DNA of 64,000 nucleotides from a candidate division WOR-3 bacterium (GTDB lineage Bacteria; Hydrothermota; Tepidihabitantia; SM23-42): NCBI GenBank assembly GCA_011052815.1, contig DRIG01000085.1, positions 1,110 to 65,109 of the forward strand, read 5' to 3'. Shown piece by piece: positions 54,863 to 62,883 of this stretch (position 1 is its first letter; each line of letters starts with the position of its first letter). The notes under the pieces were generated by a model. It saw only the letters and a program-made list of their open reading frames with translations, ran no database searches and was not told where the DNA came from. The position numbers and the translations under genes were made by a program.

Positions 54863-54958
54863 CTATCTCAACTTTTTCTTATGGCGATCTCTTTTGCGTC
54901 TTTTCTTCAATTTATGTTTTTTAATCTTTTTCAATTTTCTCTTTCTGCCGCACGGCAT
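54863..54958 (-). CDS. 31-aa highly basic peptide (MPCGRKRKLKKIKKHKLKKRRKRDRHKKKLR), missed by the >=60-aa ORF track. Resembles small ribosomal protein bS22-type peptides.
   Basis: Own canonical promoter (TTGACT-N16-TATAAT) and strong Shine-Dalgarno (AGGAGG, 7-nt spacing) upstream of the ATG at 54958. Lies downstream of nrdD on the same strand. Confidence 0.5.
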   Translation of the reverse strand: MPCGRKRKLKKIKKHKLKKRRKRDRHKKKLR

Positions 54959-54980
54959 ATCAGAACCTCCTTTCGATTCA

Positions 54981-55008
54981 ATTATACTCGATAGAAGTTA
55001 TTAGTCAA
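54981..55008 (-). promoter_or_regulatory. Sigma70-type promoter (TTGACT-N16-TATAAT, minus strand) for the small basic peptide gene
   Basis: Minus-strand reading: TTGACTaataacttctatcgagTATAATtgaatcgaaaggaggttctgatATG. Confidence 0.5.
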
Positions 55009-55029
55009 GAGATGTAATGGAGAGAAAGA

Positions 55030-57456
55030 TTATAGTTTCGACCGATAACGGTCTTTAAGCTCTCCTTTCTTCCCTTTATTCCAGCCCGAGACTTTTGTGA
55101 AATATCCGGTGACCCTTGTTATATGATCAACAAAGGTGCTTCCGCAAAAAGGACATTTTTCGCGCAGACCTCTGGAAGTCTTGAAACAGTCGTTGCATGT
55201 GGTGAATTCCGGTGAAAAGGCGATTTGGGCGTTTCTGGTGTTTCTGAACGTCTTTATGACGAAGTTCGCAATCGACTCCTTGGGCGGCTGGGTGTCACCG
55301 AGCCAGACATGGGTTAAGGCGCCGGCTTCTATCAGATCATGGAATTTACCTTCCACCTTCACCCTTTCAATGGGGTCTATCGGAACACCGACATTGAGAT
55401 ACGTCGAATTGGTGTAATATATGGAATTGGTTTCCAGATTTCCTTTGACGGTTCCGGATGCCTCGGTGGGAAAGTGTTCGATGTCCAGACGGGCGAGGCG
55501 GTGGGCGGCGGATTCCGCCGGAGTCTGTTCCATAACAAGACGCATATCATGGATTTTTGAGAGCGCTTTGATTCGTAGATACAGATATGCCAGCACCTTC
55601 AGACCGAAACGGAGTGCGCTTTCATCTTCGTGCATCTCTTTACCGGTGTGGAACTGGACGAGTTCGTTCAAACCGAGGAGTCCGATGAGATAGGTCGCGC
55701 GGTAGAGCCGCAGGTATTGTTCTCCATCTCTTTCCATGGTCAAAAGTGCGAGCGGCCCTTCACCCTTCAGGGCGATGATTCTTTCAATGAAATTCTTTTT
55801 CTGGATATGTGCCTTTACGGCGAAGTCCAGAAGTTCATCCAGTTTTTTGAAGAGCAGCTCATCGTCGTGTTTTGCCAGATAAGCGGCACGCGGCAGATTG
55901 AGGGTTACATTCTGCAGGGCGGTGTAGCGCATCTTCCAGGGTGTGTGGGCGTCCTTGAGGTCTGATTCTTCGAGTTTAAAGGATAATCTGCAGCATTCGG
56001 ATATTTTGGCGGTTTCTCCGCGGTCAAAGACATAATAGGTATTACCTCTCACAGAACTGACATTTGAGATGTGATTGAGGAAATCCTCCCATCCCGGGGT
56101 CTTGAAGAAATCTTCGGTGATATGGACCAGGGGTTTCGGGAAAAAGAAGGGTCTGCCCGTACCGTCACCGTCCATATATATATCAAACAGAGCCCAGGCA
56201 AAACGCTGTGCTTCTTCTGAATACTCGCCGTACTTCTTGCCGGTGTACTCGCCACCAGGACCGATTGCTTCCACATCCCGGAAGTGTTTTGGAATCTCCC
56301 AGTAAAGATTCAGGTCGGAGAAGATCGCCTGGCCGCCGCGCGCTACTGACTGCTGGGAGTATTCAAATATCAGCATCTGGGCGAGTTGATGGATCGCACG
56401 GTCATTCATATCCGTAAGAAAAGGAGCGAAGAAGATATTCACTGCATCCCAGCCGATTGCTCCTGCAAAGTGTCCCTGAAGCGCCGCTGAGAACTTCACC
56501 ATATGGGCGAGCAGGGTGTCGGCGTGTTTCGCCGGTCTTGCAATCGACAGGGCGTTCGGCAGGTTCAGACCGAATTTTTTCACATATTCCAGGGACTGAC
56601 CTGAGCAGTAAGGTCGGTCGCCGAAACCGAGGTCGTGCAGATGGATATCACCCCGAATGTGGGCGTCGGCGACGTCGCGGCTGAATACCTCGGAAAGCAT
56701 ATATTGTTTCTTTACGGTTTCGGCGATGGTCATATTGGTCGCTTCGGGATTATGGGGGATATTGGCGTTTTCACGGTTCGCATACAGGATTATTTTCTCT
56801 GCGTCGAATATGGGTACACCCAATCTCGTATGGCGCAGTCGTGAGTTTTCCAGTCCGTGTTCAATAAGTTTTACGTTGACAATTTCCCGGATGAGAGAGG
56901 ATGAAATGAGGTGGACGTTTGAATTCAATATGGTCTCCTCGGTCTCCTCGGCGATCTTTTCGGCGAGCTCGGACTCCAGCCCTGTCTCATTTTGCAGCGC
57001 ATCGATGATTTTATGGCGATCCCAGGAGACGAAATCATCATCCGAAGTACGGACAAAGAGCGCATAATCGGTTGTTTCCCGTTCTTCGGGTTTCTTTTTC
57101 AAGAGCCGTTTTTTCCTGAGTATCTCCCTCTGTTTCCGATAAAGGATATACGCCTTTGCTGTTCGTGCATGGCCGTTTTCAATGAGCACTTTTTCCACTG
57201 CATCCTGAATTTCCTCGACCTCAGGCGTCTTGTCTCCTTTCAGGGTGTAGAGGAAGAGCACCACTTCATTTGCCAGCCTTTCGGAAAGTTGTTTGTTTTC
57301 TCCTCCCACTGCGCGGGCGGCTAAATATATTGCATTGGCGATTTTGGATTTATCGAACGGCACGGTCTCGCCGTTCCTTTTTTTGACATATTGAAAAACC
57401 AATTCTTGTGGAATTTCCTGGGAAATTCCAATTCTTACCTGCGTCTTTTCTTGCAT
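55030..57456 (-). CDS. nrdD: Anaerobic (class III) ribonucleoside-triphosphate reductase with an N-terminal ATP-cone
   Basis: ATP-cone at the N-terminus. C-terminal zinc ribbon CNDCFKTSRGLREKCPFCGS. Glycine-radical motif RVTGYF. Confidence 0.85.
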   Translation of the reverse strand: MQEKTQVRIGISQEIPQELVFQYVKKRNGETVPFDKSKIANAIYLAARAVGGENKQLSERLANEVVLFLYTLKGDKTPEVEEIQDAVEKVLIENGHARTAKAYILYRKQREILRKKRLLKKKPEERETTDYALFVRTSDDDFVSWDRHKIIDALQNETGLESELAEKIAEETEETILNSNVHLISSSLIREIVNVKLIEHGLENSRLRHTRLGVPIFDAEKIILYANRENANIPHNPEATNMTIAETVKKQYMLSEVFSRDVADAHIRGDIHLHDLGFGDRPYCSGQSLEYVKKFGLNLPNALSIARPAKHADTLLAHMVKFSAALQGHFAGAIGWDAVNIFFAPFLTDMNDRAIHQLAQMLIFEYSQQSVARGGQAIFSDLNLYWEIPKHFRDVEAIGPGGEYTGKKYGEYSEEAQRFAWALFDIYMDGDGTGRPFFFPKPLVHITEDFFKTPGWEDFLNHISNVSSVRGNTYYVFDRGETAKISECCRLSFKLEESDLKDAHTPWKMRYTALQNVTLNLPRAAYLAKHDDELLFKKLDELLDFAVKAHIQKKNFIERIIALKGEGPLALLTMERDGEQYLRLYRATYLIGLLGLNELVQFHTGKEMHEDESALRFGLKVLAYLYLRIKALSKIHDMRLVMEQTPAESAAHRLARLDIEHFPTEASGTVKGNLETNSIYYTNSTYLNVGVPIDPIERVKVEGKFHDLIEAGALTHVWLGDTQPPKESIANFVIKTFRNTRNAQIAFSPEFTTCNDCFKTSRGLREKCPFCGSTFVDHITRVTGYFTKVSGWNKGKKGELKDRYRSKL

Positions 57457-57911
57457 TTCCGCTCCTTCTTTATTTTTGACAGCTCTTTTGCGAATTTATC
57501 GATATTGGTGAATTTACGATAGACTGATGCAAATCTGACGTAGCTGACTTCGTCGACCTCCAGAAGGCGGTCTAAAATCATTCTACCGATCTCCGCTGAT
57601 TTTATCTCGGTTTGATATCGGTCAGAGAGATCGTCTTCAATATCGTTGACAATGGCTTCAATCTTCTCCGCTGATATTGGACGTTTACGGCACGCCGTTG
57701 CGATACCGTTGAGAAGTTTTGTTCTGTCATAGGGTTCCCTGGTACCGTCTCTTTTTATGACGACCAACGGCATCCGTTCGATCGTCTCATAAGTGGTAAA
57801 TCGAAAATGACAGGCGGTGCACTCCCTTCTTCTTCGAACCACGGAGCCCGCCTGTGATGTTCTTGTCTCTAAGACTCTGTCTCCATCCTGTCCGCATCTT
57901 GGACATTTCAT
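57435..57911 (-). CDS. nrdR: Transcriptional repressor NrdR
   Basis: Zinc ribbon MKCPRCGQ...CTACHFRF plus an ATP-cone. Overlaps the nrdD start by 22 nt. Confidence 0.85.
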   Translation of the reverse strand: MKCPRCGQDGDRVLETRTSQAGSVVRRRRECTACHFRFTTYETIERMPLVVIKRDGTREPYDRTKLLNGIATACRKRPISAEKIEAIVNDIEDDLSDRYQTEIKSAEIGRMILDRLLEVDEVSYVRFASVYRKFTNIDKFAKELSKIKKERKCKKRRR

Positions 57912-57927
57912 TTTTTACCCCCTAACA

Positions 57928-57943
57928 ACACTATATATAGAGT
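57928..57943 (-). promoter_or_regulatory. Candidate NrdR box (ACACTATATATAGAGT) in the nrdR-nrdD promoter region
   Basis: Matches about 14 of 16 positions of the NrdR-box consensus acaCwAtATaTwGtgt. Located about 17 nt upstream of the nrdR ATG. Confidence 0.45.
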
Positions 57944-57992
57944 CATTGTCTAATTATAGCCACAATTTAAGATTTGTCAAGGGGTAAGATTA

Positions 57993-58087
57993 CGCAGGCA
58001 TATTTTTTATTTTATAAGCAAAAATTTTCTTGCAACCTGCTCATTATTCTGTTTGAGAACTATGAAGTAAACTCCGTTGGAAAAGCT
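57993..58087. repeat. 95-bp direct repeat (copy A) covering the last ~26 codons (C-terminal sorting domain end) plus the 3' flank of the gene
   Basis: cgcaggcatattttttattttataagca...aacctgctcattattctgtttgagaactatgaagtaaactccgttggaaaagct is shared with 59439-59533, differing only in a 13-bp patch. Confidence 0.8.
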
Positions 58088-59407
58088 ACTTATATCTATC
58101 ATCTTCTGATAACTCCCTGGTAATGAGATGCTATTCTCAAATATTTTTATTTTTGCTCCATAAATATCATATAGTGATAATTCAATCTTTGTTTTAACCG
58201 GCAGGGTGTATTCAGTATTCAGTACACCAGAAGAAATATTCGGAAAAACCCTTATTCTGCATTTTTTATTCCGCGGACTCAACTGCTTCTCTACTACACC
58301 TGCAAAGCTACCCCACGCATAATTGAGAAGCCCTCCGTCATAACTTACATGGGGATTGGAATTGCCGTTCAATTTCAAACACACGTTACCCATTGCGCCA
58401 TAATGAGGTCCACATAAATGCCAGACCGTATCTTTATAGGCATACTCAAGCCAGAAGTTAAATTCAACTGTATAAGCAATATGAGGATTTTCAAGACTGT
58501 CTAAATCGAGACCGATAGCCACTTCCCAAAAACCTGCACCGCCTACGAAATCAGTATACCAGAAAGTTCCGTCGAACCAGGAATAAACAATAGATTCTCC
58601 TTGAAATGAGTAAGCAATCCCCGGGTGGTTCTGTGAATTGAGCACCAATGAAAGAGATGCATTTGAATTCACCGCAACGACATCTTGATGATAGGCAATA
58701 ACCCAGGTATTTAATTGATTATCATAATAGACATACTTCATTGAATCAGGATCGAGTTGATAATAAGCGATATGTGGTTGATTTCTTTTATCAATTTTTA
58801 ATGACACTCCATAGTCCCAGCAGACACAACTGTCTTCGACAATAAAAGAATTCCAGTTTACGCCGTTGTAGTGCAGGTATTTTATATACTGAACAGAATC
58901 GGTAAAGTTCCAGTAAGAATATGCAATCCCTGGATAACCAGAGGTGTCAAGGACAATGGAGGTATGATACCCTGGTACCCAGGATATTGTTCCAGCCATC
59001 GAGTCAAGCACCTGAATTGTCCACAATAATGTATCACGATATGCATAACAGAGATCAGTCCTATTATTCAATGAATCATATCGATAAAAGCTTGAATGCA
59101 ATCTATTGTCATCACCAATCGTCAATGAGACACCATAGTAAGGTAATCCCCAATATGGGCCACCAGCAAAACAGACGTCAACTGTTTCTTTTTGCCAGTA
59201 AGAATCAGTTTTGAACGCGTGCATAATCAAGTTGGTGTCAACTTGAGTAATGGCATAGATAATATGAGGGATATCATTGATATCAAAGGCTAAAGAGTTA
59301 GAATAGCCAACCATGCCGGGACTAGTATCCACGGTTTCCATCTCCCAGTTTATCTGACCAAACCCAAAGACGAAGATTAGTATCATCATTATAATGAATT
59401 TCAACAT
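58007..59407 (-). CDS. Secreted repeat protein (about 45-aa units ending ...PxIAYS...) with a T9SS C-terminal sorting domain identical to that of the next gene
   Basis: Signal peptide MLKFIIMMILIFVFGFG. C-terminal ...SFSNGVYFIVLKQNNEQVARKFLLIK. Confidence 0.55.
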   Translation of the reverse strand: MLKFIIMMILIFVFGFGQINWEMETVDTSPGMVGYSNSLAFDINDIPHIIYAITQVDTNLIMHAFKTDSYWQKETVDVCFAGGPYWGLPYYGVSLTIGDDNRLHSSFYRYDSLNNRTDLCYAYRDTLLWTIQVLDSMAGTISWVPGYHTSIVLDTSGYPGIAYSYWNFTDSVQYIKYLHYNGVNWNSFIVEDSCVCWDYGVSLKIDKRNQPHIAYYQLDPDSMKYVYYDNQLNTWVIAYHQDVVAVNSNASLSLVLNSQNHPGIAYSFQGESIVYSWFDGTFWYTDFVGGAGFWEVAIGLDLDSLENPHIAYTVEFNFWLEYAYKDTVWHLCGPHYGAMGNVCLKLNGNSNPHVSYDGGLLNYAWGSFAGVVEKQLSPRNKKCRIRVFPNISSGVLNTEYTLPVKTKIELSLYDIYGAKIKIFENSISLPGSYQKMIDISSFSNGVYFIVLKQNNEQVARKFLLIK

Positions 59408-59438
59408 CTCAATCTGCCAAATTAAATATAAAAAACAG

Positions 59439-59533
59439 CGCAGGCATATTTTTTATTTTATAAGCAGAAACTTTCGGGCAACCTGCTCATTATTCTGTTT
59501 GAGAACTATGAAGTAAACTCCGTTGGAAAAGCT
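59439..59533. repeat. 95-bp direct repeat (copy B)
   Basis: See copy A at 57993-58087. Confidence 0.8.
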
Positions 59534-61894
59534 TTTGACATTAATCTCTTGTTGATAGAAACCGGGGATAAGATTTTCCATTATCGAACTTCCTATTTTT
59601 GAACCAGTAGCGTCATAAAGAGAGATCGTAATATCGCCAACTTTTGGAACACCAAATTTTAGAGTAAGGCTTTGTTTTGCATAAGTGGGAATCTGTGTAA
59701 TGCAAAGTGAGATTGGTGTAATTTGGCCGGTTTGGAAGGTTTGACCTCCTTCGCTTGCGTCAAAAACTTGGCAGTATGTTTCTGAAGGATAATATTGTAT
59801 AGATGTATTATTATCGTGTATTCTGGTTACCGTTACTTTGAGCTGACCATGTGTCCGGGCGGTAATAGTGAATATTATCTTGCCGTTATTATCGGTATAG
59901 CCTACTTCATAGATGTCGTTTAGTTTGTTTAAACAGACCTTTGCATGAACTACAGGGGCGCCATTTTCAGCATCTTTGACTTCCACTTGGAATTGATATT
60001 GAACGCCGGTAAATATACTGCGCATATGGCTTACAGAAAAATTTCTTGGTTGGTTGGTCCATACCTCGGTGTAGGGTGAGCCGAAAAGAGTATGCGTGTA
60101 TGCAACAAAGACATAAGGGAAAATACGCATCGGTGTTCCTGTAGTCATATATTCCCAGTCTATTCTTTGACCACACTTTGATAGCGCCTCAGATATTCCA
60201 AGTCGGCTAAGCGATGGTTCTGGTGGATAAGGTCCAATATATGGAGAAAATAAAGAAGAGTAAAATTCATATTCAAGATCGGTTGAATAATTAGGACCCC
60301 AGCCAAACCGTGTATTACCGAGAAATGCACAAGCACCTTTATTCGAGTATGCATCAACAAACCCATCGCAGATACAGGTGTCACTATTTCTCATTGTAGT
60401 ACTAAAAACTCCCAAAGTGTCATATCCACCATTGTAGCAAGCAATTGAATAATTTACATAGTACTCATTGGTATTATCGAGGAAGTTTAACCCCGCACCG
60501 TAAGAGTTAGGTTGCTCCTCCATATAGCCGCAGACGCTGTCTTTCTGCCATGCCTTCGGTTTGAAAGTGGTGATAGTGCCATGGCAATGTTGATGACAAA
60601 AACCAAATCCTATGTTCAAGAATTCAAGTACTTCATCCGGATTGCAGTCATTTAGCCAAATATGATCAAAACTGGGAGGGAATATCTCCCAGGCGTCACC
60701 AGTAGAGACAGTTGTATTTCTTATCCATAAGCTTGCTGTAAGATTGTAATTTCCGGGTGTTTTTTCATAAGTAAATACTTTATTTACCCAGTTAGTTACT
60801 TCTGCAGTGTTATATGCCGTAATTCTACCAACAAATACCTCAGCATATTTATCAACAGAATCATCCGATGTCGGTTCTCCCCATTTTTCATCACCATCTG
60901 CATTCCAATTGCCAGTAAGTTCCGCAAAATAGAAATCCGTAGGTACCTGATAACCAGGATGTCCCCACCAGAGATCAGAAGAACACGGATAGCAGTATCT
61001 TACCGGTAAAAACTGTTGATCGCCACCTAAAATAAAATATGTCCCACCAGCATGTTGATAGCACCATTTTATGTAATTCCTTATACGCTCAGGGTTATCA
61101 CAGCCTTCGAAGTGCGAGTAAATATATTCAGGGGTAATCAGTATTGTCTTCGTGCCTTGGTCAGTCATCCAATCTGCATAGGGCTGGAAAGCATTATGAA
61201 ATTCCACCGGGGCAATTATTACTCCAGGGGCACCAGGTACCGGTGCTAGGGTGCCAATTTCATTCTCCTCAACAATTGTTGGACTTTGATAATATCTGGG
61301 AACCTCATAATCATTTTCAATAATATACCTTATTACCGCATCATATACCGCTTGCTCATATCTACCCCGGATTTGAGGTCTCAGGTTAGGAAGACTGCTT
61401 TGGCTAAAGATAAATTCAAACTGAACCGAACGTACTAAATACAACCGCTTTGTTTTAGGACGATACTGCAAAGGCCGAAACTCAATCGTCACTATCCGGG
61501 CACCATCCATCACTCCTGCATTGCTTATCTTTATAAATTTGTCGGGGACGAAGCTGTCAGAATTGTAAATTATGGTATCCGGTGGAACCCAGGGGAGAGA
61601 TTCACCAATAATCCTTGATGGTTGAGCTGGATAGATTAGATATTCACCAGGGATTTGAGTCAGTTGGAAGTGAGATACAATTATTGATTCTGCCTTTACA
61701 TTCGGAGGAATGATATAATTAAGATATACTGCTGGCAACTCAGGTGTGCCGGGTTCACCATGAAGGTTGAACTTCGGTGACCTTATTCGGTCAAAGCCAT
61801 TCTCTTTATAAAAAGAGAATTCTATAGGAGAATAATCAAGCGTATACCCCCCCCCCATAGTGTAGCTGTAATAATGCCAATGGCAATAAACCAT
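59453..61894 (-). CDS. Peptidase C25 (gingipain-like) family protein with a T9SS C-terminal sorting domain, paralog 2. The signal-peptide ORF starts at about 61911 and is frameshifted by a G10 tract.
   Basis: Same architecture as 38695-40971 (...PAVYLNYIIPPNVKAESIIV...; FAELTGNWNADGDEKWGE...AEVFVGRI). Identical C-terminal sorting domain to the preceding gene. The track ORF begins MVYCHWHYYSYTMGGGY with no signal peptide. The real SD/ATG/signal peptide (MTYIAKWFIAIGIITATLW) lies in the -1 frame upstream. Confidence 0.65.
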   Translation of the reverse strand: MVYCHWHYYSYTMGGGYTLDYSPIEFSFYKENGFDRIRSPKFNLHGEPGTPELPAVYLNYIIPPNVKAESIIVSHFQLTQIPGEYLIYPAQPSRIIGESLPWVPPDTIIYNSDSFVPDKFIKISNAGVMDGARIVTIEFRPLQYRPKTKRLYLVRSVQFEFIFSQSSLPNLRPQIRGRYEQAVYDAVIRYIIENDYEVPRYYQSPTIVEENEIGTLAPVPGAPGVIIAPVEFHNAFQPYADWMTDQGTKTILITPEYIYSHFEGCDNPERIRNYIKWCYQHAGGTYFILGGDQQFLPVRYCYPCSSDLWWGHPGYQVPTDFYFAELTGNWNADGDEKWGEPTSDDSVDKYAEVFVGRITAYNTAEVTNWVNKVFTYEKTPGNYNLTASLWIRNTTVSTGDAWEIFPPSFDHIWLNDCNPDEVLEFLNIGFGFCHQHCHGTITTFKPKAWQKDSVCGYMEEQPNSYGAGLNFLDNTNEYYVNYSIACYNGGYDTLGVFSTTMRNSDTCICDGFVDAYSNKGACAFLGNTRFGWGPNYSTDLEYEFYSSLFSPYIGPYPPEPSLSRLGISEALSKCGQRIDWEYMTTGTPMRIFPYVFVAYTHTLFGSPYTEVWTNQPRNFSVSHMRSIFTGVQYQFQVEVKDAENGAPVVHAKVCLNKLNDIYEVGYTDNNGKIIFTITARTHGQLKVTVTRIHDNNTSIQYYPSETYCQVFDASEGGQTFQTGQITPISLCITQIPTYAKQSLTLKFGVPKVGDITISLYDATGSKIGSSIMENLIPGFYQQEINVKSFSNGVYFIVLKQNNEQVARKFLLIK

Positions 61895-62085
61895 TTTGCT
61901 ATGTACGTCATTTGATCCTCCCTTTTCTATAATTTTTCAACCCTTACCGTTTTTACTGCTAATAATAACAAAATTTTTCGTGTTGTCAAGATTTTTTAAT
62001 TCAGGTACGACTTAAAAGACACCGGTAGAATAGGGGAGAAATCGGTCGACAAAAATGGTCGGATTTAATAGGATGGAATCAGGAT

Positions 62086-62877
62086 TTATTTTAATATTTT
62101 TCTACGGGCGTAGACATAACATAGTTCGGCACCGAACAGGAAGATGTATGCCGAATAATAAATCCATAAAAATAGAATGATGATTGCGGATAACGAGCCG
62201 AATATTTTTGAATAATCGACCACCCTCGTGATATAAAAGGTGAACAGATGCTTTGCCGCTTCCCAGAATATCCCGGTGAACACGGCACCGACGAATGCTT
62301 CTTTAACTTTAATCTTTCGATTCGGAAAGCGCCAGTATATCAGACCGAAGAGGATGATGCTGAAGAGGATGCTGAATTCCCTGATATACTGGGTAAGACC
62401 GCCGGCTCCGATTGCGTTTATCCAGATCGTCACTGCCACCGAGGCGATGAGCAGGATGAATACCAGAAACGCCGAGCCGATCGTGAGGAGGCTTTTTCTG
62501 AAAAAGGGGCGGTCCTTCTTTACCTTCCAGATTACATTGAGGGTTGATTCCAGGGCACGGAAGATACTCGCCGCACCCCACAAGAAGCCGATGACACCGA
62601 TGATCGCGATGACGATGGAGGTCTGTTTTATCGCCGAGATGTTTTTTATTATCTCGTCGATTCCCACGGGAAATACCTGTTTCAGAAAAGGTAATATTTT
62701 GTTGAGAAACTCTTCAGAAGAGCCGAGGATGAAGAGTGAGAAAGAGAGCAATCCGAGGATGAGGGGGAAAAGACTGAAGGTGGTGGCGTGGACAAGGGCG
62801 GAGGCGAGGAGCGGACATCTGTCGTTATTGAATTTTTGATACGCACGGGAAAAGAACCAGGTAATTCTTTTTGTCAT
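62086..62877 (-). CDS. YihY/BrkB-family inner-membrane protein
   Basis: N-terminal ...FFSRAYQKFNNDRCPLLASALVHATTFSLFPLIL... plus six TM helices, typical of YihY/BrkB. Confidence 0.6.
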   Translation of the reverse strand: MTKRITWFFSRAYQKFNNDRCPLLASALVHATTFSLFPLILGLLSFSLFILGSSEEFLNKILPFLKQVFPVGIDEIIKNISAIKQTSIVIAIIGVIGFLWGAASIFRALESTLNVIWKVKKDRPFFRKSLLTIGSAFLVFILLIASVAVTIWINAIGAGGLTQYIREFSILFSIILFGLIYWRFPNRKIKVKEAFVGAVFTGIFWEAAKHLFTFYITRVVDYSKIFGSLSAIIILFLWIYYSAYIFLFGAELCYVYARRKILK

Positions 62878-62883
62878 CGGACG

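Noticed and set aside
62240-62839. 199-aa plus-strand ORF (and 62248-62547, 62309-62581) overlapping yihY
   Set aside because: They are entirely embedded in or opposite the yihY/BrkB membrane-protein gene, which has a coherent TM topology. They have no independent signals.
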